This document shows, one piece after another, positions 48,036-61,349 of a stretch of DNA of 64,000 bases. How positions within the stretch are numbered: position 1 is the first letter of the stretch; every line of letters begins with the position of its first letter. Below the pieces are notes generated by a model. The model had not been told where the DNA came from. It searched no databases and saw only the letters and a program-made list of their open reading frames with translations. Source of the stretch: Dehalococcoidia bacterium (lineage in GTDB: Bacteria; Chloroflexota; Dehalococcoidia; GIF9; UBA5629); assembly GCA_050011565.1 (NCBI GenBank), contig JBEKIW010000001.1, positions 256,001-320,000 on the forward strand. The letters run 5' to 3'. The translations under genes were made by a program, and so were the position numbers.

Positions 48036-48725
48036 TCATACTAGATTTTTCGCTTTCATGCTTAGATGTTCACTATCGCAGATAATTATATGGTCGAGGA
48101 CTTCGATGCCTATTATTTCACCGGCTTCAATGAGGCGTTTAGTCATCTTGATGTCGTCTTCTGATGGCGTTGGGTCGCCCGAGGGATGGTTATGTATAAA
48201 GATAACTGAAGCGGCGCTGGAAGAGATCGCGTCCTTAAACACTTCACGCGGATGCACTATACTGCAATCAAGGCTGCCTATGGAGACGGTACTGGTTTTT
48301 ATCAAATGATTTCTGGTATCCAGGCAGATTACAAGAAAATGTTCCTTCTTCTTACCTTTCAGCAGGTTTCTAGCCGTTTTTACAACATCCTCAGGGGATT
48401 TAACTGTTATTTTCGTGGTTTCGCTTGAGGAATTTTCCAGCCGTTTGCTCAACTCAAAGGTGGCTTTGATTTGAGCGGCTTTTGCCGGGCCGATACCTTT
48501 TATTTGTGTCAGCTCTTCAATGGAGGCAGAAGCCAGATTCTTAAGGTTGCCGAATCTGCTTAGCAGTTTTTGGGCGGTGACAATTACCGATTCGCCTTTG
48601 ATTCCTCGACCAAGAATCAAGGCTAGAATCTCCTGGCTGGAGAGAGCTTCACTGCCAAGCTTTGATAACCTCTCCCTGGGCCGTTCTGAGAGAGGCAGGT
48701 CGTGCACAGTGAAAGAGTTCTTCAA
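48036..48725 (-). CDS. radC: RadC/JAB domain protein
   Basis: ERPRERL, IKGIGPAKA, VHPREVF, HNHPSGDPTPS and LDHIII motifs. Confidence 0.95.
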   Translation of the reverse strand: MKNSFTVHDLPLSERPRERLSKLGSEALSSQEILALILGRGIKGESVIVTAQKLLSRFGNLKNLASASIEELTQIKGIGPAKAAQIKATFELSKRLENSSSETTKITVKSPEDVVKTARNLLKGKKKEHFLVICLDTRNHLIKTSTVSIGSLDCSIVHPREVFKDAISSSAASVIFIHNHPSGDPTPSEDDIKMTKRLIEAGEIIGIEVLDHIIICDSEHLSMKAKNLV

Positions 48726-49927
48726 TCAACCCCCAATAATGCATCAGCCGTTACCATCTTGCCTGATATCTCGTCCCAGATAGATTTTCCTTTAGCGGCT
48801 TCCCGGAGCGAGTCGAACTTCACTTTAGACTGGCTTGGCACCGGGCTGGTTATATATTTTTGCCATATTGCGTCTAGTCCATCCTGGTCGAAGCCGTAAA
48901 CCTGGGTTAGTGCATCATCGTAGGTGTTGCCTTCTTTGAATAAATTCAATAGCTGAAGCATTTTATCTCTGCCGTAGTTTTGGATGAGGAACCGAATGAG
49001 GCTTTGACTTTCAGCATAGGAGATATAAGCCTCTTCAGGTATGGCTGAAAACGGGCTGGCCAAACTGCGCACGGAAATAAGGTTGTTTTGATCGATTGCC
49101 TTTTGCAGTACCGACTCGAGATAGGCGTCTGGCTCGCCTTCGGCATACATAGCTAAGCCTTCGTCCAACCAAAAAGGTAGATTAGCTCCGTAAGGGCTGA
49201 AAGTTATTTGATGAGTTACCATGTGACCCAGTTCGTGAGCTAAAGCCCCTTTGCCCCAGTCCAATTCGTTTGTAGGAATACCGATGGCGATGATGCCGTA
49301 TTCAGTGAAAGCGACACCACCTGTCCATTCTTGCGGGAAAACCATAGCGCCACGGAGGTCTTCCGTAGTGGCATATATGTATAAGTTAACCGGTTGTTTG
49401 AGATATACGCCGGTGTCTTGGGCCAGTCTATCCAATGCCTGTTGACAGGCAGCCATCAGTTGGTCAACAAAATCTTGGTTACCTTTATACCAGAATAGGC
49501 TAATTTGACCTGAAGTTACTTTCTGCCAGTTATAGCGGAGGTCATCGAAGCGAACTTTTTGGGAGGGGGTAGTCAGACGGTCGCCGGACGTATCTTCAAT
49601 TGTCCACCAGTATGTGACTGTCGCTCCGGCCGGCAGGTTGGCTTTCCTCATATCCCAGACCCATTGTGCCTGTACTTTTGTAGATGGGGTGAATACAGGC
49701 CAGGCCTCGTCGGTTACCGGCGCGTAGTTCATCATGTCAACCTGATAATGCAGGCGCAATTTAATGATATTATTCTGGCTTTGAGCCTTGATGTTGAACG
49801 CCAGTGCGGAGGGAAAATATATCTGCGCCGAGCTGTCAAGCAGTGAAATTCCGTCCTGGGCATGGGTAATGGTTGGCGTAATAACCAGAATAGCGGCCAG
49901 GACTAGCGGAATGAACCATTTAGTCAT
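48722..49927 (-). CDS. Secreted peptidase MA-like (gluzincin) metalloprotease
   Basis: Signal peptide; LAHELGH zinc motif and WLDEGLA. Confidence 0.85.
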   Translation of the reverse strand: MTKWFIPLVLAAILVITPTITHAQDGISLLDSSAQIYFPSALAFNIKAQSQNNIIKLRLHYQVDMMNYAPVTDEAWPVFTPSTKVQAQWVWDMRKANLPAGATVTYWWTIEDTSGDRLTTPSQKVRFDDLRYNWQKVTSGQISLFWYKGNQDFVDQLMAACQQALDRLAQDTGVYLKQPVNLYIYATTEDLRGAMVFPQEWTGGVAFTEYGIIAIGIPTNELDWGKGALAHELGHMVTHQITFSPYGANLPFWLDEGLAMYAEGEPDAYLESVLQKAIDQNNLISVRSLASPFSAIPEEAYISYAESQSLIRFLIQNYGRDKMLQLLNLFKEGNTYDDALTQVYGFDQDGLDAIWQKYITSPVPSQSKVKFDSLREAAKGKSIWDEISGKMVTADALLGVD

Positions 49928-51028
49928 TTTCCCACTCCCAGTTTGTGACGCAGATAGGCGGTGATAAAATCATCCAGTCCTCCATCCAGGACGGCGGTAG
50001 CATTGCCGGTTTCATATTTCGTCCGATGGTCTTTGACCATTTGGTAGGGGTGCAGGACGTAGCTTCGGATCTGGTTGCCCCAGCCGGCTTCAATGCGCTC
50101 ACCCTTAAGTTTGGCTTTTTCAATCTCTTTCTCCTCACGATTCAGTTCAAGAAGCCGGGCGTATAGCACTTTCAGCGCACTTTCCTTGTTCTGTCGCTGA
50201 GAACGTTGACTTTGACAACTTACTACCATCCCTGTGGGAAGATGCGTTATTCTAACAGCACTGCTTGTTTTTTGCATGTGCTGCCCGCCGGGTCCACTCG
50301 ACCTGAAGGTATCTATTTTCAAATCCTCAGCTTTTACTTTGATATCTATTTCCTCCTCGGCTTCAGGAAGGATTTCAACCAGAACGAACGAAGTATGCCG
50401 GGCGTGGTCGGCGTCGAACGGAGACAGGCGAACTAGACGGTGAACCCCATGTTCTGACTTCAAATAACCGTAAGCATAATCTCCTTTAATTTCTACTGTG
50501 GCGCTCTTGATGCCGGCTTCTTCGCCAGTTGAGGTATCCAGTATTTCAGTTTTATATTTATGCTGCTCTGCCCAGCGCAAGTACATCCTGAAAAGCATTT
50601 CTGCCCAGTCCTGGGACTCGGTGCCGCCGGCGCCGGCATGCACAGTCAAGATGGCAGTTCTGGCATCGTATTCTTCGCTCAACAGCAGTCTGGTTTCCAG
50701 TTCATTGAGTTGAGAGGTTATTTCCTCGATATGCTGCTGTATTTCTCCTTGAAGAGACTGGTCGTTTTCTTCGATAGCTAATGTCGTCATGTCAAGAAGT
50801 TCGGTATTTTCTTTCTCCAGTTGACGCCAGGTCTGGACGGTGTTTTTAGCTGCTCCCAGTTGACGCATGATAGACTGCGCCCTGGTTTGGTCTAACCAGA
50901 AGTCTGGCTGTGTGGTCTCAGTCTCCAGCCTGGCGGTTTCCTTTTCCCTGCTTGGAATGTCAAAGACGCACCAGCATATCCGAGATTCGGCGGTTTAGAG
51001 CTTCCAGTTTATCTTTTTCTTCCTGCAT
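49924..51028 (-). CDS. prfB: Peptide chain release factor 2 (programmed +1 frameshift)
   Basis: SPF and GGQ motifs; upstream ORF MQEEKDKLEALNRRISDMLVRL ends at CTT TGA C (50959-50965) and the +1 frame continues DIPSREKE...DFW into the main ORF. Confidence 0.96.
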
Positions 51029-51059
51029 GGCTAATAACTCCTATTCTACACTTAGATTA

Positions 51060-51776
51060 TTATAACAAGTGATTGACAGGCAATCTCTGCGGGCGGTTGC
51101 TAACGATGGTCATGGATTTACCGCTGGCAGCAAGATGAGCTAGTCGAGAGGGCTCTGGAAGCCGATAGCGGCGGCAGCACCTCATCACCCAGTGAATAGC
51201 TGTAGACAAATCAATCCTGTGACCGATAGAGATATAAATCGGGTTAGCATTGACTTTACTACATAGAGCGACACCGATGATTTCGCCGTTATCCATAAGT
51301 TCAGTATAATCGCCAACTTCAGCAGTTACCGGTGAATGAGTTCCGCACAGACGTGATTTGGCACAACCTATACTCGGCATATCGAGGAGTAGACCCAGAT
51401 GTGAGGCGATTCCGAAGCGTCTGGGGTGGGCAATTCCCTGGCCGTCTACCATAATAAGGTCGGGGTTTATGGATAGTTTCTGGCAGGCAGCTAGTATAAG
51501 CGGAGCCTCTCTGAAAGATAAAAGGCCGGGTATGTAGGGAAAACTGAGTTTATCTTTAGCAGTCTTTACCTCAGCAACCTCCAGTTCCGGGTAGCTGAGA
51601 ATGACCACGGCAGCCCGGGCGATCCCAGTGGAGTCTGGAGCTGATATATCGACGCCGGCGACAAATCTGGGTTTGATAGTTTCGCTTTGGCGAGATATCT
51701 GGCTGGCCAGCTCCAATTGTATCTGTTTAGCTTCGGCAACGCTTATTTGCCAGCCGTGCAAATTATGTATTTTCAC
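51060..51776 (-). CDS. nfi: Endonuclease V
   Basis: VAGVD, FPYIPGLLSFRE, VDGQGIAHPRRFGIASHLG, GCAKSRL and YRLPEP motifs; GTG start inferred. Confidence 0.95.
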   Translation of the reverse strand: MKIHNLHGWQISVAEAKQIQLELASQISRQSETIKPRFVAGVDISAPDSTGIARAAVVILSYPELEVAEVKTAKDKLSFPYIPGLLSFREAPLILAACQKLSINPDLIMVDGQGIAHPRRFGIASHLGLLLDMPSIGCAKSRLCGTHSPVTAEVGDYTELMDNGEIIGVALCSKVNANPIYISIGHRIDLSTAIHWVMRCCRRYRLPEPSRLAHLAASGKSMTIVSNRPQRLPVNHLL

Positions 51777-51831
51777 ATTATTGATTATAATGGCTGAGTA
51801 CACTGGAGGCAACATCCGAAGTAGAGCCGTA

Positions 51832-51861
51832 TTGACAGTTTAGGTGCGTTGGGTGCATAAT
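51832..51861 (+). promoter_or_regulatory. Putative rpsP promoter TTGACA-18-CATAAT
   Basis: Consensus-like -35 and -10 upstream of rpsP. Confidence 0.55.
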
Positions 51862-51905
51862 AGCCTACAAAAATTCTCAAGGAGGCCTATCTAAATAGAT
51901 AACCC

Positions 51906-52250
51906 ATGGTGAAGATAAGATTGCGGCGGATTGGTACCAGGAATAAACCTATATATCGTATGGTGGCAGCTGATGAGAGGTCACCACGCGATGGTAAATT
52001 TATTGAGATTATCGGGCATTATAATCCATTGACTGAGCCAGAGACCTTTGTTGTTGATGAAGAAAAAGCACTGAAGTGGCTTAAGTATGGCGCCCAGCCA
52101 ACGGGAACTGCATTAAGACTGCTTACTAAGGCCGGCGTAGTGGATAAGTTCAAGCCGGTTGCTGAAAAGAATGTACGAGCAACAAAGCCGAAAAAAGTGA
52201 AGACCAAAGCCGGAACGAAAGCCAAATCAACTACAGAGGAGTCATCATAA
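51906..52250 (+). CDS. rpsP: 30S ribosomal protein S16
   Basis: MVKIRLRR.G...[22 protein letters not shown]. Confidence 0.97.
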   Translation: MVKIRLRRIGTRNKPIYRMVAADERSPRDGKFIEIIGHYNPLTEPETFVVDEEKALKWLKYGAQPTGTALRLLTKAGVVDKFKPVAEKNVRATKPKKVKTKAGTKAKSTTEESS

Positions 52251-52480
52251 TGAAGGAGCTAATAGAATACATCGCCAAGTCTATTGTTAATGCACCTGAT
52301 GATGTAAGAGTTACTGAGGAGACTGATGACAAGAGTATGGTGGTGGTGAAACTAGAAGTCGCTGCGGATGATAAGGGTAGAGTAATCGGCAGGCAGGGTC
52401 GTGTGGCTGAGGCGATGAGGACTCTGCTACGTGTGGTAGCGACCAAGGAGGGTGTTCGCGTCAGGCTTGAGATTTTATAA
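52250..52480 (+). CDS. khpA: KH-domain RNA-binding protein KhpA
   Basis: [26 protein letters not shown]; conserved position after rpsP. Confidence 0.92.
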   Translation: MKELIEYIAKSIVNAPDDVRVTEETDDKSMVVVKLEVAADDKGRVIGRQGRVAEAMRTLLRVVATKEGVRVRLEIL

Positions 52481-52573
52481 TTGACCTGTCATATTCAAAG
52501 CAGGTCTGTATTCCCCTATTACTAACCCCACAATTTCTGCAGATAATTAGCTGTCTTTACCTAGTGAAAACCG

Positions 52574-52995
52574 TCACCGCAGTTCCGATTTTCGACGTCT
52601 CCTTTCAGCTACCTTAAGGCGGACAAGAGAACGAAGAAGAGCAGCTTGGACTTGTGCCACGTCTAATTCCGGAGTACGGGTTTTGAGCCTTTCTTCAGCC
52701 CGGTGTTTAGCCGCTTCAGCGCGTTCAATATCGATTTCTTCAGCGCGCTCACAAGCATCGGCCAGGATTATGATTTTGTCGGGACGTACTTCAAGGAAAC
52801 CGCCGGAAACAAACAAATACGTTTCTTCGCTGTCCTTCCTTATGAGGACCTCTCCCGGTTTGAGCATGGTTATTAAAGGAGCATGATGCGGCAGTATGCC
52901 CAGCTCTCCCTCAACGCCCGGGGCAACTACAGTATTGACGTCGTCAGAGAAAACTTGGCGCTCAGCGGTTATGATTTCGAGTTTAAGTGTTGCCA

Positions 52996-52996
<1 letters not shown>
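52574..52996 (-). CDS. atpC: ATP synthase F1 epsilon
   Basis: PGVEGELGILPHHAPL, VSGGFLEV. Confidence 0.96.
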
Positions 52997-55261
<2,265 letters not shown>

Positions 55262-55269
55262 TCATTCCT

Positions 55270-56781
55270 CTAATAGCTCGCGCCTTGTTTAAACTCCGCT
55301 ATGGCTTTCTTTAACGATTCCTCAGTTTCGGGTTTTATCATTTTATCTGTGATAATAAGTTTGCTGACTTCAGGGTGATTTGTTTCCATGAAGTAGTGGA
55401 ATGCCTGCTCAAAGGCGGCTACTTTCTCAACCGGGACATCATCCAGATAGCCGTTGGTCACGGCATAGAGGATAGTTACCTCTTTCTCAAGAGACATTGG
55501 AGTATATTGAGGTTGTTTTAGTATCTCAGTGACACGTTGTCCACGTTCAATCTGTGAACGTGTGGCTTTATCCAGGTCGGCGGTACCGAATTGAGCAAAT
55601 GTAGCCAGTTCGCGATATTGTGCCATGTCCAATCTCAGTTTGCCGGCTACCTGTCTCATGGCTCTGGTTTGGGCATTGCCACCAACTCTCGATACCGATA
55701 GGCCGGCATTTAGCGCCGGGCGAATACCACTATTGAACAAATCTGTCTCCAGATAAATCTGGCCGTCGGTGATAGAAATAACGTTAGTTGGAATGTAAGC
55801 AGCCAGGTCACCGGCCTGGATTTCAACAATGGGCAGAGCCGTAAGAGAACCTCCGCCCAGCTCCTGGTTTAACTTGGCAGCTCGTTCCAACAGTCGGCTG
55901 TGAAGATAAAAAACATCACCCGGGTAAGCCTCGCGGCCCGGTGGTCGTCTGAGGATCAATGATATTTGTCGATAAGCCCAGGCGTGCTTGGTTAAATCGT
56001 CATAGATAACCAATGCATCTTTTCCCTGTTCCATAAATTCTTCGCCGATAGCACAACCCGAGTAGGGGGCTAAGTACTGCAAGGACGCCGGGTCAGAAGC
56101 GTTAGCAACGACTACTATGGTATATTCCATGGTGCCGTACTTCTTAAAGATATCTATTACTTGCGCTACCTTAGACGTTTTCTGGCCTATAGCCACATAA
56201 ATACAGATAAGGTCGCCGCCTTTCTGGCTGATGATGGTGTCTAGGGCGATGGCTGATTTGCCTATTGACCGGTCACCGATGATAAGTTCACGCTGCCCAC
56301 GGCCGATAGGAATCAAGGCGTCCACTATCTTTATCCCAGTGTGGACTGGTGTGTTTACCGGCTGTCTCATTACAACGTTAGGCGCAACCCTTTCTACAGG
56401 TCTGGTCTTGGTCGTCTTAATCGGTCCTTCCTCGTCCAAGGGATTGCCCAGTGGGTCTATCACACGGCCGATAAGGCTATCACCTACAGGAACTTCAACT
56501 ACCCTGCCCGTGCTGCGGACTTCGTCGCCTTCTTTGATATGGGTGTAATCGCCAAGTATTACTGCGGCGACGTTGTCCTCTTCTAAGTTGAGAGCCAGGC
56601 CCATAATGTCATTCGGGAATTCCAGCAACTCGTTATATTTGGCTCCCTGAAGTCCATGGATGCGAGCCACGCCATCGCCTACTTCGATTACCGTTCCCAC
56701 ATCTACCATGGCTACGGTAGACCCAAATTGCTTGATTTGCTCTTTAATTACAGAGACTATATCTCGACCACCTGTTGTCAT
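55270..56781 (-). CDS. atpA: ATP synthase F1 alpha
   Basis: [40 protein letters not shown]. Confidence 0.98.
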   Translation of the reverse strand: MTTGGRDIVSVIKEQIKQFGSTVAMVDVGTVIEVGDGVARIHGLQGAKYNELLEFPNDIMGLALNLEEDNVAAVILGDYTHIKEGDEVRSTGRVVEVPVGDSLIGRVIDPLGNPLDEEGPIKTTKTRPVERVAPNVVMRQPVNTPVHTGIKIVDALIPIGRGQRELIIGDRSIGKSAIALDTIISQKGGDLICIYVAIGQKTSKVAQVIDIFKKYGTMEYTIVVVANASDPASLQYLAPYSGCAIGEEFMEQGKDALVIYDDLTKHAWAYRQISLILRRPPGREAYPGDVFYLHSRLLERAAKLNQELGGGSLTALPIVEIQAGDLAAYIPTNVISITDGQIYLETDLFNSGIRPALNAGLSVSRVGGNAQTRAMRQVAGKLRLDMAQYRELATFAQFGTADLDKATRSQIERGQRVTEILKQPQYTPMSLEKEVTILYAVTNGYLDDVPVEKVAAFEQAFHYFMETNHPEVSKLIITDKMIKPETEESLKKAIAEFKQGASY

Positions 56782-56802
56782 TTTTCACCCCCTTATGGGT
56801 AG

Positions 56803-57342
56803 TTATTTCCGGGTTTCAGCCAACCTCTTCTTTAACATTTCTAATCTGTTGCGGATACTACCATCGATAAGGCTATCGTCTATTCTGGCGATAAAACCAC
56901 CCAGAATATCCGGATTGATTTGAACGTTCATGCTCACTTTCTTTCCGACCAGTGCTTCAAGGTTCTGACCAAGCTTTTCTCTTTCCACATCGTCGAGCGG
57001 AACGGCTGTGGTAACCTCTGCATTTTTTATGCCATAGTGCTCATTCAATAAGCGGCTATATTCGTCTGAGATTTGGCCGGCCGTTTTGAGCTTTCCCTTG
57101 GAAATTAGTAGATAGACTAGATTCAGGGCCATGGGATTTGTTTTTCCCAATTTCTCTTGTACCAGTTTTGTCTTCAGGTCGAAAGGTATTTTGGGATTTT
57201 CCGCCAGGCCTACAAATTCATCATCTTCTACGAGTTTGGCAATCTTTGTCAGGTTAGACTGCCACTCTTTAAGTTTATTGCTTTCCAGAGCAATCTCGAA
57301 GACTGCCTGAGCGTATCGTTTAACAGATGTTGTTACCGGCAT
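56803..57342 (-). CDS. atpH: ATP synthase F1 delta
   Basis: KRYAQA.F, ILGGFIARI.D.LIDGSI. Confidence 0.94.
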   Translation of the reverse strand: MPVTTSVKRYAQAVFEIALESNKLKEWQSNLTKIAKLVEDDEFVGLAENPKIPFDLKTKLVQEKLGKTNPMALNLVYLLISKGKLKTAGQISDEYSRLLNEHYGIKNAEVTTAVPLDDVEREKLGQNLEALVGKKVSMNVQINPDILGGFIARIDDSLIDGSIRNRLEMLKKRLAETRK

Positions 57343-57356
57343 TTGAACACAGCCTT

Positions 57357-57857
57357 CTATTTCTTTTCAAAAGTGGTGCTCTCCTTAAGCACCTCATCAA
57401 TGATTTTGCGATGTTTCTTTTTATCTAATGTTTCATTGATGACTTTTTCTGCAGCGAGGATAGCGATATCAGCAAATTCGGCGCGTAATTCCTCAATACT
57501 TTTATCTCTTTCTCGCTGTATCTCGCTGCGAGCTTTGGCGATCAATGACTCAGCCTCCTGGCGAGCACCTTGTTTTGCTTCTTCCTTTAATCTTTCTCCT
57601 ATTTGCGTCGCCTGGGCTATGACGCCCTGTCCCTCTTTGCGCGCTTTTTCCAGTTGAGCCTTGATTTCCTCTTCGCTATGAGCAGTTTCTTGCCTGATTT
57701 TTTCGGCTTGCTCCAGGCTCTCCCTTATTTTAGCTTGCCTGTCCTCGAGCATCTTGAGCACCGGCTTATACAAGAATATGCTCAGTACCGTAAACAAAAT
57801 GGCAAAGCTTACGAGAAAAGACACCAACAGTGGTAGGTTAATTCCAATACCTTCCAT
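57357..57857 (-). CDS. atpF: ATP synthase Fo subunit b
   Basis: N-terminal TM, YKPVLKMLEDRQ..I, coiled coil. Confidence 0.94.
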   Translation of the reverse strand: MEGIGINLPLLVSFLVSFAILFTVLSIFLYKPVLKMLEDRQAKIRESLEQAEKIRQETAHSEEEIKAQLEKARKEGQGVIAQATQIGERLKEEAKQGARQEAESLIAKARSEIQRERDKSIEELRAEFADIAILAAEKVINETLDKKKHRKIIDEVLKESTTFEKK

Positions 57858-57950
57858 ACAATCACCTGACTTTTTTAGTTCATTGATTATCCGTAATGGC
57901 AGCTAGGCGCCAGCCATTGAATCGAGGCCGAATTATTAAGCTTGGTGAGC

Positions 57951-58067
57951 TCATGCTTGAGCCAAAATAAAGACCAGGATTATCATGCTGAAAGCTACTA
58001 CAACACCGATGGTTATAGCTGCGCTGATAAGGCCGCCTATGAAACCTGGTAGTCCACCTTCTTCCAT
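57951..58067 (-). CDS. Unannotated 38-aa single-TM peptide within the atp operon
   Basis: MEEGGLPGFIGGLISAAITIGVVVAFSMIILVFILAQA*; AAGGAG RBS right after the atpE stop. Confidence 0.6.
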   Translation of the reverse strand: MEEGGLPGFIGGLISAAITIGVVVAFSMIILVFILAQA

Positions 58068-58082
58068 TTCTAATTCTCCTTG

Positions 58083-58328
<246 letters not shown>

Positions 58329-59291
58329 TTAATTTGCATGCTCCGGCTCCTCCTCATGCGGAGCCATGGCAATAACGCCAAATACAAGAGTTAAGCCGGC
58401 GAAAATCAGTGCCTGAAGAACGCCGACCAATAATTCTAACCCGTAGAAGGGTATAGATGCCACCAATGGCACTAGAAACGAGACTACCAACAGCAATATC
58501 TCACCGGCTGTCATATTGCCAAAGAGACGGAAGGTGAAGCTGACGATACGGATAAAATGGCTGAGAATTTCCAGTCCGCCTATGAACAGGTTAATGAAAC
58601 CGAACATAATACCACTGATGGCAGGTCGGATCTTCCCCTTGAACAAACTTACGAAACCGTCACGTATTTGACCGAAATTAAAGAAGCTGTTGAGATAATG
58701 GAAGAAACCGAGTGACCGTAGCCCCCAAAATTCAACAGAGACAAAGGAGATTATAGCGATGGAAAGGGGAAGGTTAATATCAGTATTTGCCGCCCGGAGC
58801 AAAGGTATAAAGGTACCGTTGTGCTCGATAATACCTATGGTTCCAAAGAATGGTAGAAGGGCCAGCAAGGCATTAGTCCAAACGTAGAGGAATATAGTGG
58901 CTACTAAGGGGAAAAGGGTGCGAGCATGATTTTCTCCGGCTACGCCTTTAACGAAGTTCAACATTGTTTCTACGATCAGTTCAGCAAAGTTTTGAAGCTT
59001 TCCCGGTATTAATTTCATCTTGCGGGTGGCGGCGTAAAATAAACCACCTAAAACTATTATTGTTAACCAGGCAGCTATGAGAGTATTGGTAATCGTAAAT
59101 GCTGAGATGTGGACTATGCCCTCCGATGGGAGTTGTACTTGGGGCTTGGCGACAGCCAGGAAGCTGGGAGCTTTGATGCCCAGTAGACTCGAGCCTAGTG
59201 GCCCAACCACGAGTCCGGTTAATAAAAGAGCCAGTAGAATAATAGCCACCCAGGCCATGATTTTTATTGAGCAGCCACAACCCATATTCAT
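58329..59291 (-). CDS. atpB: ATP synthase Fo subunit a
   Basis: PGKLQNFAE, SFTFRLFGNMTAGE and LQALIF motifs; start at MNMGCG inferred. Confidence 0.95.
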   Translation of the reverse strand: MNMGCGCSIKIMAWVAIILLALLLTGLVVGPLGSSLLGIKAPSFLAVAKPQVQLPSEGIVHISAFTITNTLIAAWLTIIVLGGLFYAATRKMKLIPGKLQNFAELIVETMLNFVKGVAGENHARTLFPLVATIFLYVWTNALLALLPFFGTIGIIEHNGTFIPLLRAANTDINLPLSIAIISFVSVEFWGLRSLGFFHYLNSFFNFGQIRDGFVSLFKGKIRPAISGIMFGFINLFIGGLEILSHFIRIVSFTFRLFGNMTAGEILLLVVSFLVPLVASIPFYGLELLVGVLQALIFAGLTLVFGVIAMAPHEEEPEHAN

Positions 59292-59292
59292 C

Positions 59293-59604
59293 TCACAGTT
59301 TCCGCTCCTTGCCCTTGTCTTGCTCCTTTTGCTCCTTATAGAATCGGCGCAGCATCTGGTACAGGCCGTAAAAGGCAATCAATGTGCCCAGGAAGAAGCC
59401 AATGAGTGTAAATAAAGGGCGGCTGTCAAACCTTCCCGGGCTGTCGAGCCAGAAGCCTATCATCGTTGGGATAGTAATGCTCAAGGCTACATACCAGCCA
59501 ACGGTGAAAAGAAACCAGAGTGGGCGGACCCATTCCTTTGATATCGGTTTATTGGGCTTAGGCTGCGCCACTGTGTAGTAGATCTTTTCTTGAAGTAAAG
59601 TCAT
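59293..59604 (-). CDS. AtpZ/AtpI-family membrane protein
   Basis: VGWYVA.SI..P..IG.WLD.....PLFTLIG..LG; first gene of the atp operon. Confidence 0.85.
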   Translation of the reverse strand: MTLLQEKIYYTVAQPKPNKPISKEWVRPLWFLFTVGWYVALSITIPTMIGFWLDSPGRFDSRPLFTLIGFFLGTLIAFYGLYQMLRRFYKEQKEQDKGKERKL

Positions 59605-59968
59605 ATTGCTATTTCTGTAATCCGCTCTATGTGTCTTACGGCGTTTGAGTTACAAAGTTTCATAAGCTGGAGAAGTCACTATCTTCTTTGATGCTCTTTG
59701 CCGAAACACATTATAATCTAGCAGATTAGGAAATAGCTGTCATCGACCTTAGGACTAATTTTAATATGTACTTAAAGCCGATTCCAGAAATAGTTCGAGC
59801 ACATTGGATCGGCATTATCTGTTTAGTGTCTATCCAGCAGCCTTACCCGCAACCGCCACGTTTGTCGTATGCAAATCTACGTAATTGTTAAGCAACTAGG
59901 TAAAAAGCTCAGCTAAAAGTGGTTCGCTTTGAACGAACCCAGTGAGTCCACTACATGCGTATAAATAT

Positions 59969-60751
59969 TCATGATTTACGCTTACCTAAATCGTCCAGGT
60001 TAAGTGTATTAATGAAATCCTTGAAGGCTGACAGCTTCTTCAACTCTTGCTCGTCGACCTTCCCTTTAGTACCTGGTTTATCCCCACTTTTATCTGTGGG
60101 TATAGGCTTTCCCGTTTCCCGGTCCAGTATGATGCCGGCCTTGTCCAGGACTGCCTCCTCAACATATATGGGCACTGTGGCTCTTACCGCCAAAGCGATG
60201 GCATCGCTGGGTCGGGAATCAAGCTTTATCCTGGTGAGTAACCATTGACTGGTCCCTTTGTCGTAGCGAAGTACAAACATCAGGCCGTCCTCATTCATTG
60301 CCTCAATGAATCTATCGCCTGATTCCTGCCATTCGTTGGCTATTTCAAGTTTGTATTCTCTTCCCTGCCAGATAATAGACAGCCGCGAGCCATTGTCATG
60401 TCCCCGGCGCGAACTGCTTTCGGGTGTAAACTTAACACCTACCGGTTTTGGAATGTCAGTTGACTCGAAAATAATCTGCGCATAAAAGGTATCAGCGCGC
60501 AGGTCATTTACAACAATTTTACTCACTACCGTGCCAGATGCTGTTTCCAGCGCGAAGATGGCGTTTTTCAGTAAGTCATGTGTCATGGGCCGTGCTAAGT
60601 CAACATTCTGCAATTTTATCGAGATAGCATCTGCTTCTGATGGGCCAATCCAGATAGGCAGGTAGCGGTCTGATTCTTTCTCCTTAAGGATTACCACGTG
60701 CTGATAGTTCATCAGGCTTACCCGAATGCTATCAATCGTCATCTCTATCAT
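59969..60751 (-). CDS. Bifunctional nuclease family (DUF151) protein with an internal insertion
   Basis: RYLPIWIG.SEA.AI, RPMTHDL, TFYA.I and DSRPSDAIALA motifs. Confidence 0.88.
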   Translation of the reverse strand: MIEMTIDSIRVSLMNYQHVVILKEKESDRYLPIWIGPSEADAISIKLQNVDLARPMTHDLLKNAIFALETASGTVVSKIVVNDLRADTFYAQIIFESTDIPKPVGVKFTPESSSRRGHDNGSRLSIIWQGREYKLEIANEWQESGDRFIEAMNEDGLMFVLRYDKGTSQWLLTRIKLDSRPSDAIALAVRATVPIYVEEAVLDKAGIILDRETGKPIPTDKSGDKPGTKGKVDEQELKKLSAFKDFINTLNLDDLGKRKS

Positions 60752-60881
60752 TAGTGCTCCTCCGTGTCCTAAGCAAAAATAATTGTACTCTATCACATTT
60801 TAGGTGTCAATTTGCCTCAGATACACTGCTTCCGTAAAATATTGAGGTAGGCTTTTCTCGGACTAAGGACTTGGAGTTGAT

Positions 60882-61334
60882 TTGAAAGTAATTGTGCAGC
60901 GAGTCACCAAAGCATCGGTGAGTGTGAACGGCGAGGTTGTTGGAAAAATCGGCCGTGGTTTAGTTGTCCTGGTTGGTGTGGCTCGGGAGGACACCGAGAG
61001 GGACGCAATTTACATGGCCGATAAGATAGTAAATCTCCGTATCTTTGCCGATGAGGCCAGTAAGTTCAATCTTTCGGCGCTGGAAACCGGAGCCGAGATT
61101 CTGATTGTAAGCCAGTTTACCCTCCTGGCTGATACACGGAAAGGGCGCCGGCCAAGTTTTGAGGCAGCGGCTCCGCCCGAACAGGCGGAAGCCCTGGTGA
61201 ACTTTTTTATTGGCCGGGTACGTGATGCCGGGCTTCAGGTGGAGACAGGTCGCTTTCAGCAACACATGTTGGTGGAAATACATAACGATGGGCCGGTCAC
61301 CATAGCACTGGATAGCAGGGATAAGATTCACTGA
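60882..61334 (+). CDS. dtd: D-aminoacyl-tRNA deacylase
   Basis: QRV..ASV, LRIF.D, VSQFTL, KGRRPSF and NDGPVT motifs. Confidence 0.96.
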   Translation: MKVIVQRVTKASVSVNGEVVGKIGRGLVVLVGVAREDTERDAIYMADKIVNLRIFADEASKFNLSALETGAEILIVSQFTLLADTRKGRRPSFEAAAPPEQAEALVNFFIGRVRDAGLQVETGRFQQHMLVEIHNDGPVTIALDSRDKIH

Positions 61335-61349
61335 ATATCAATTAATTGC

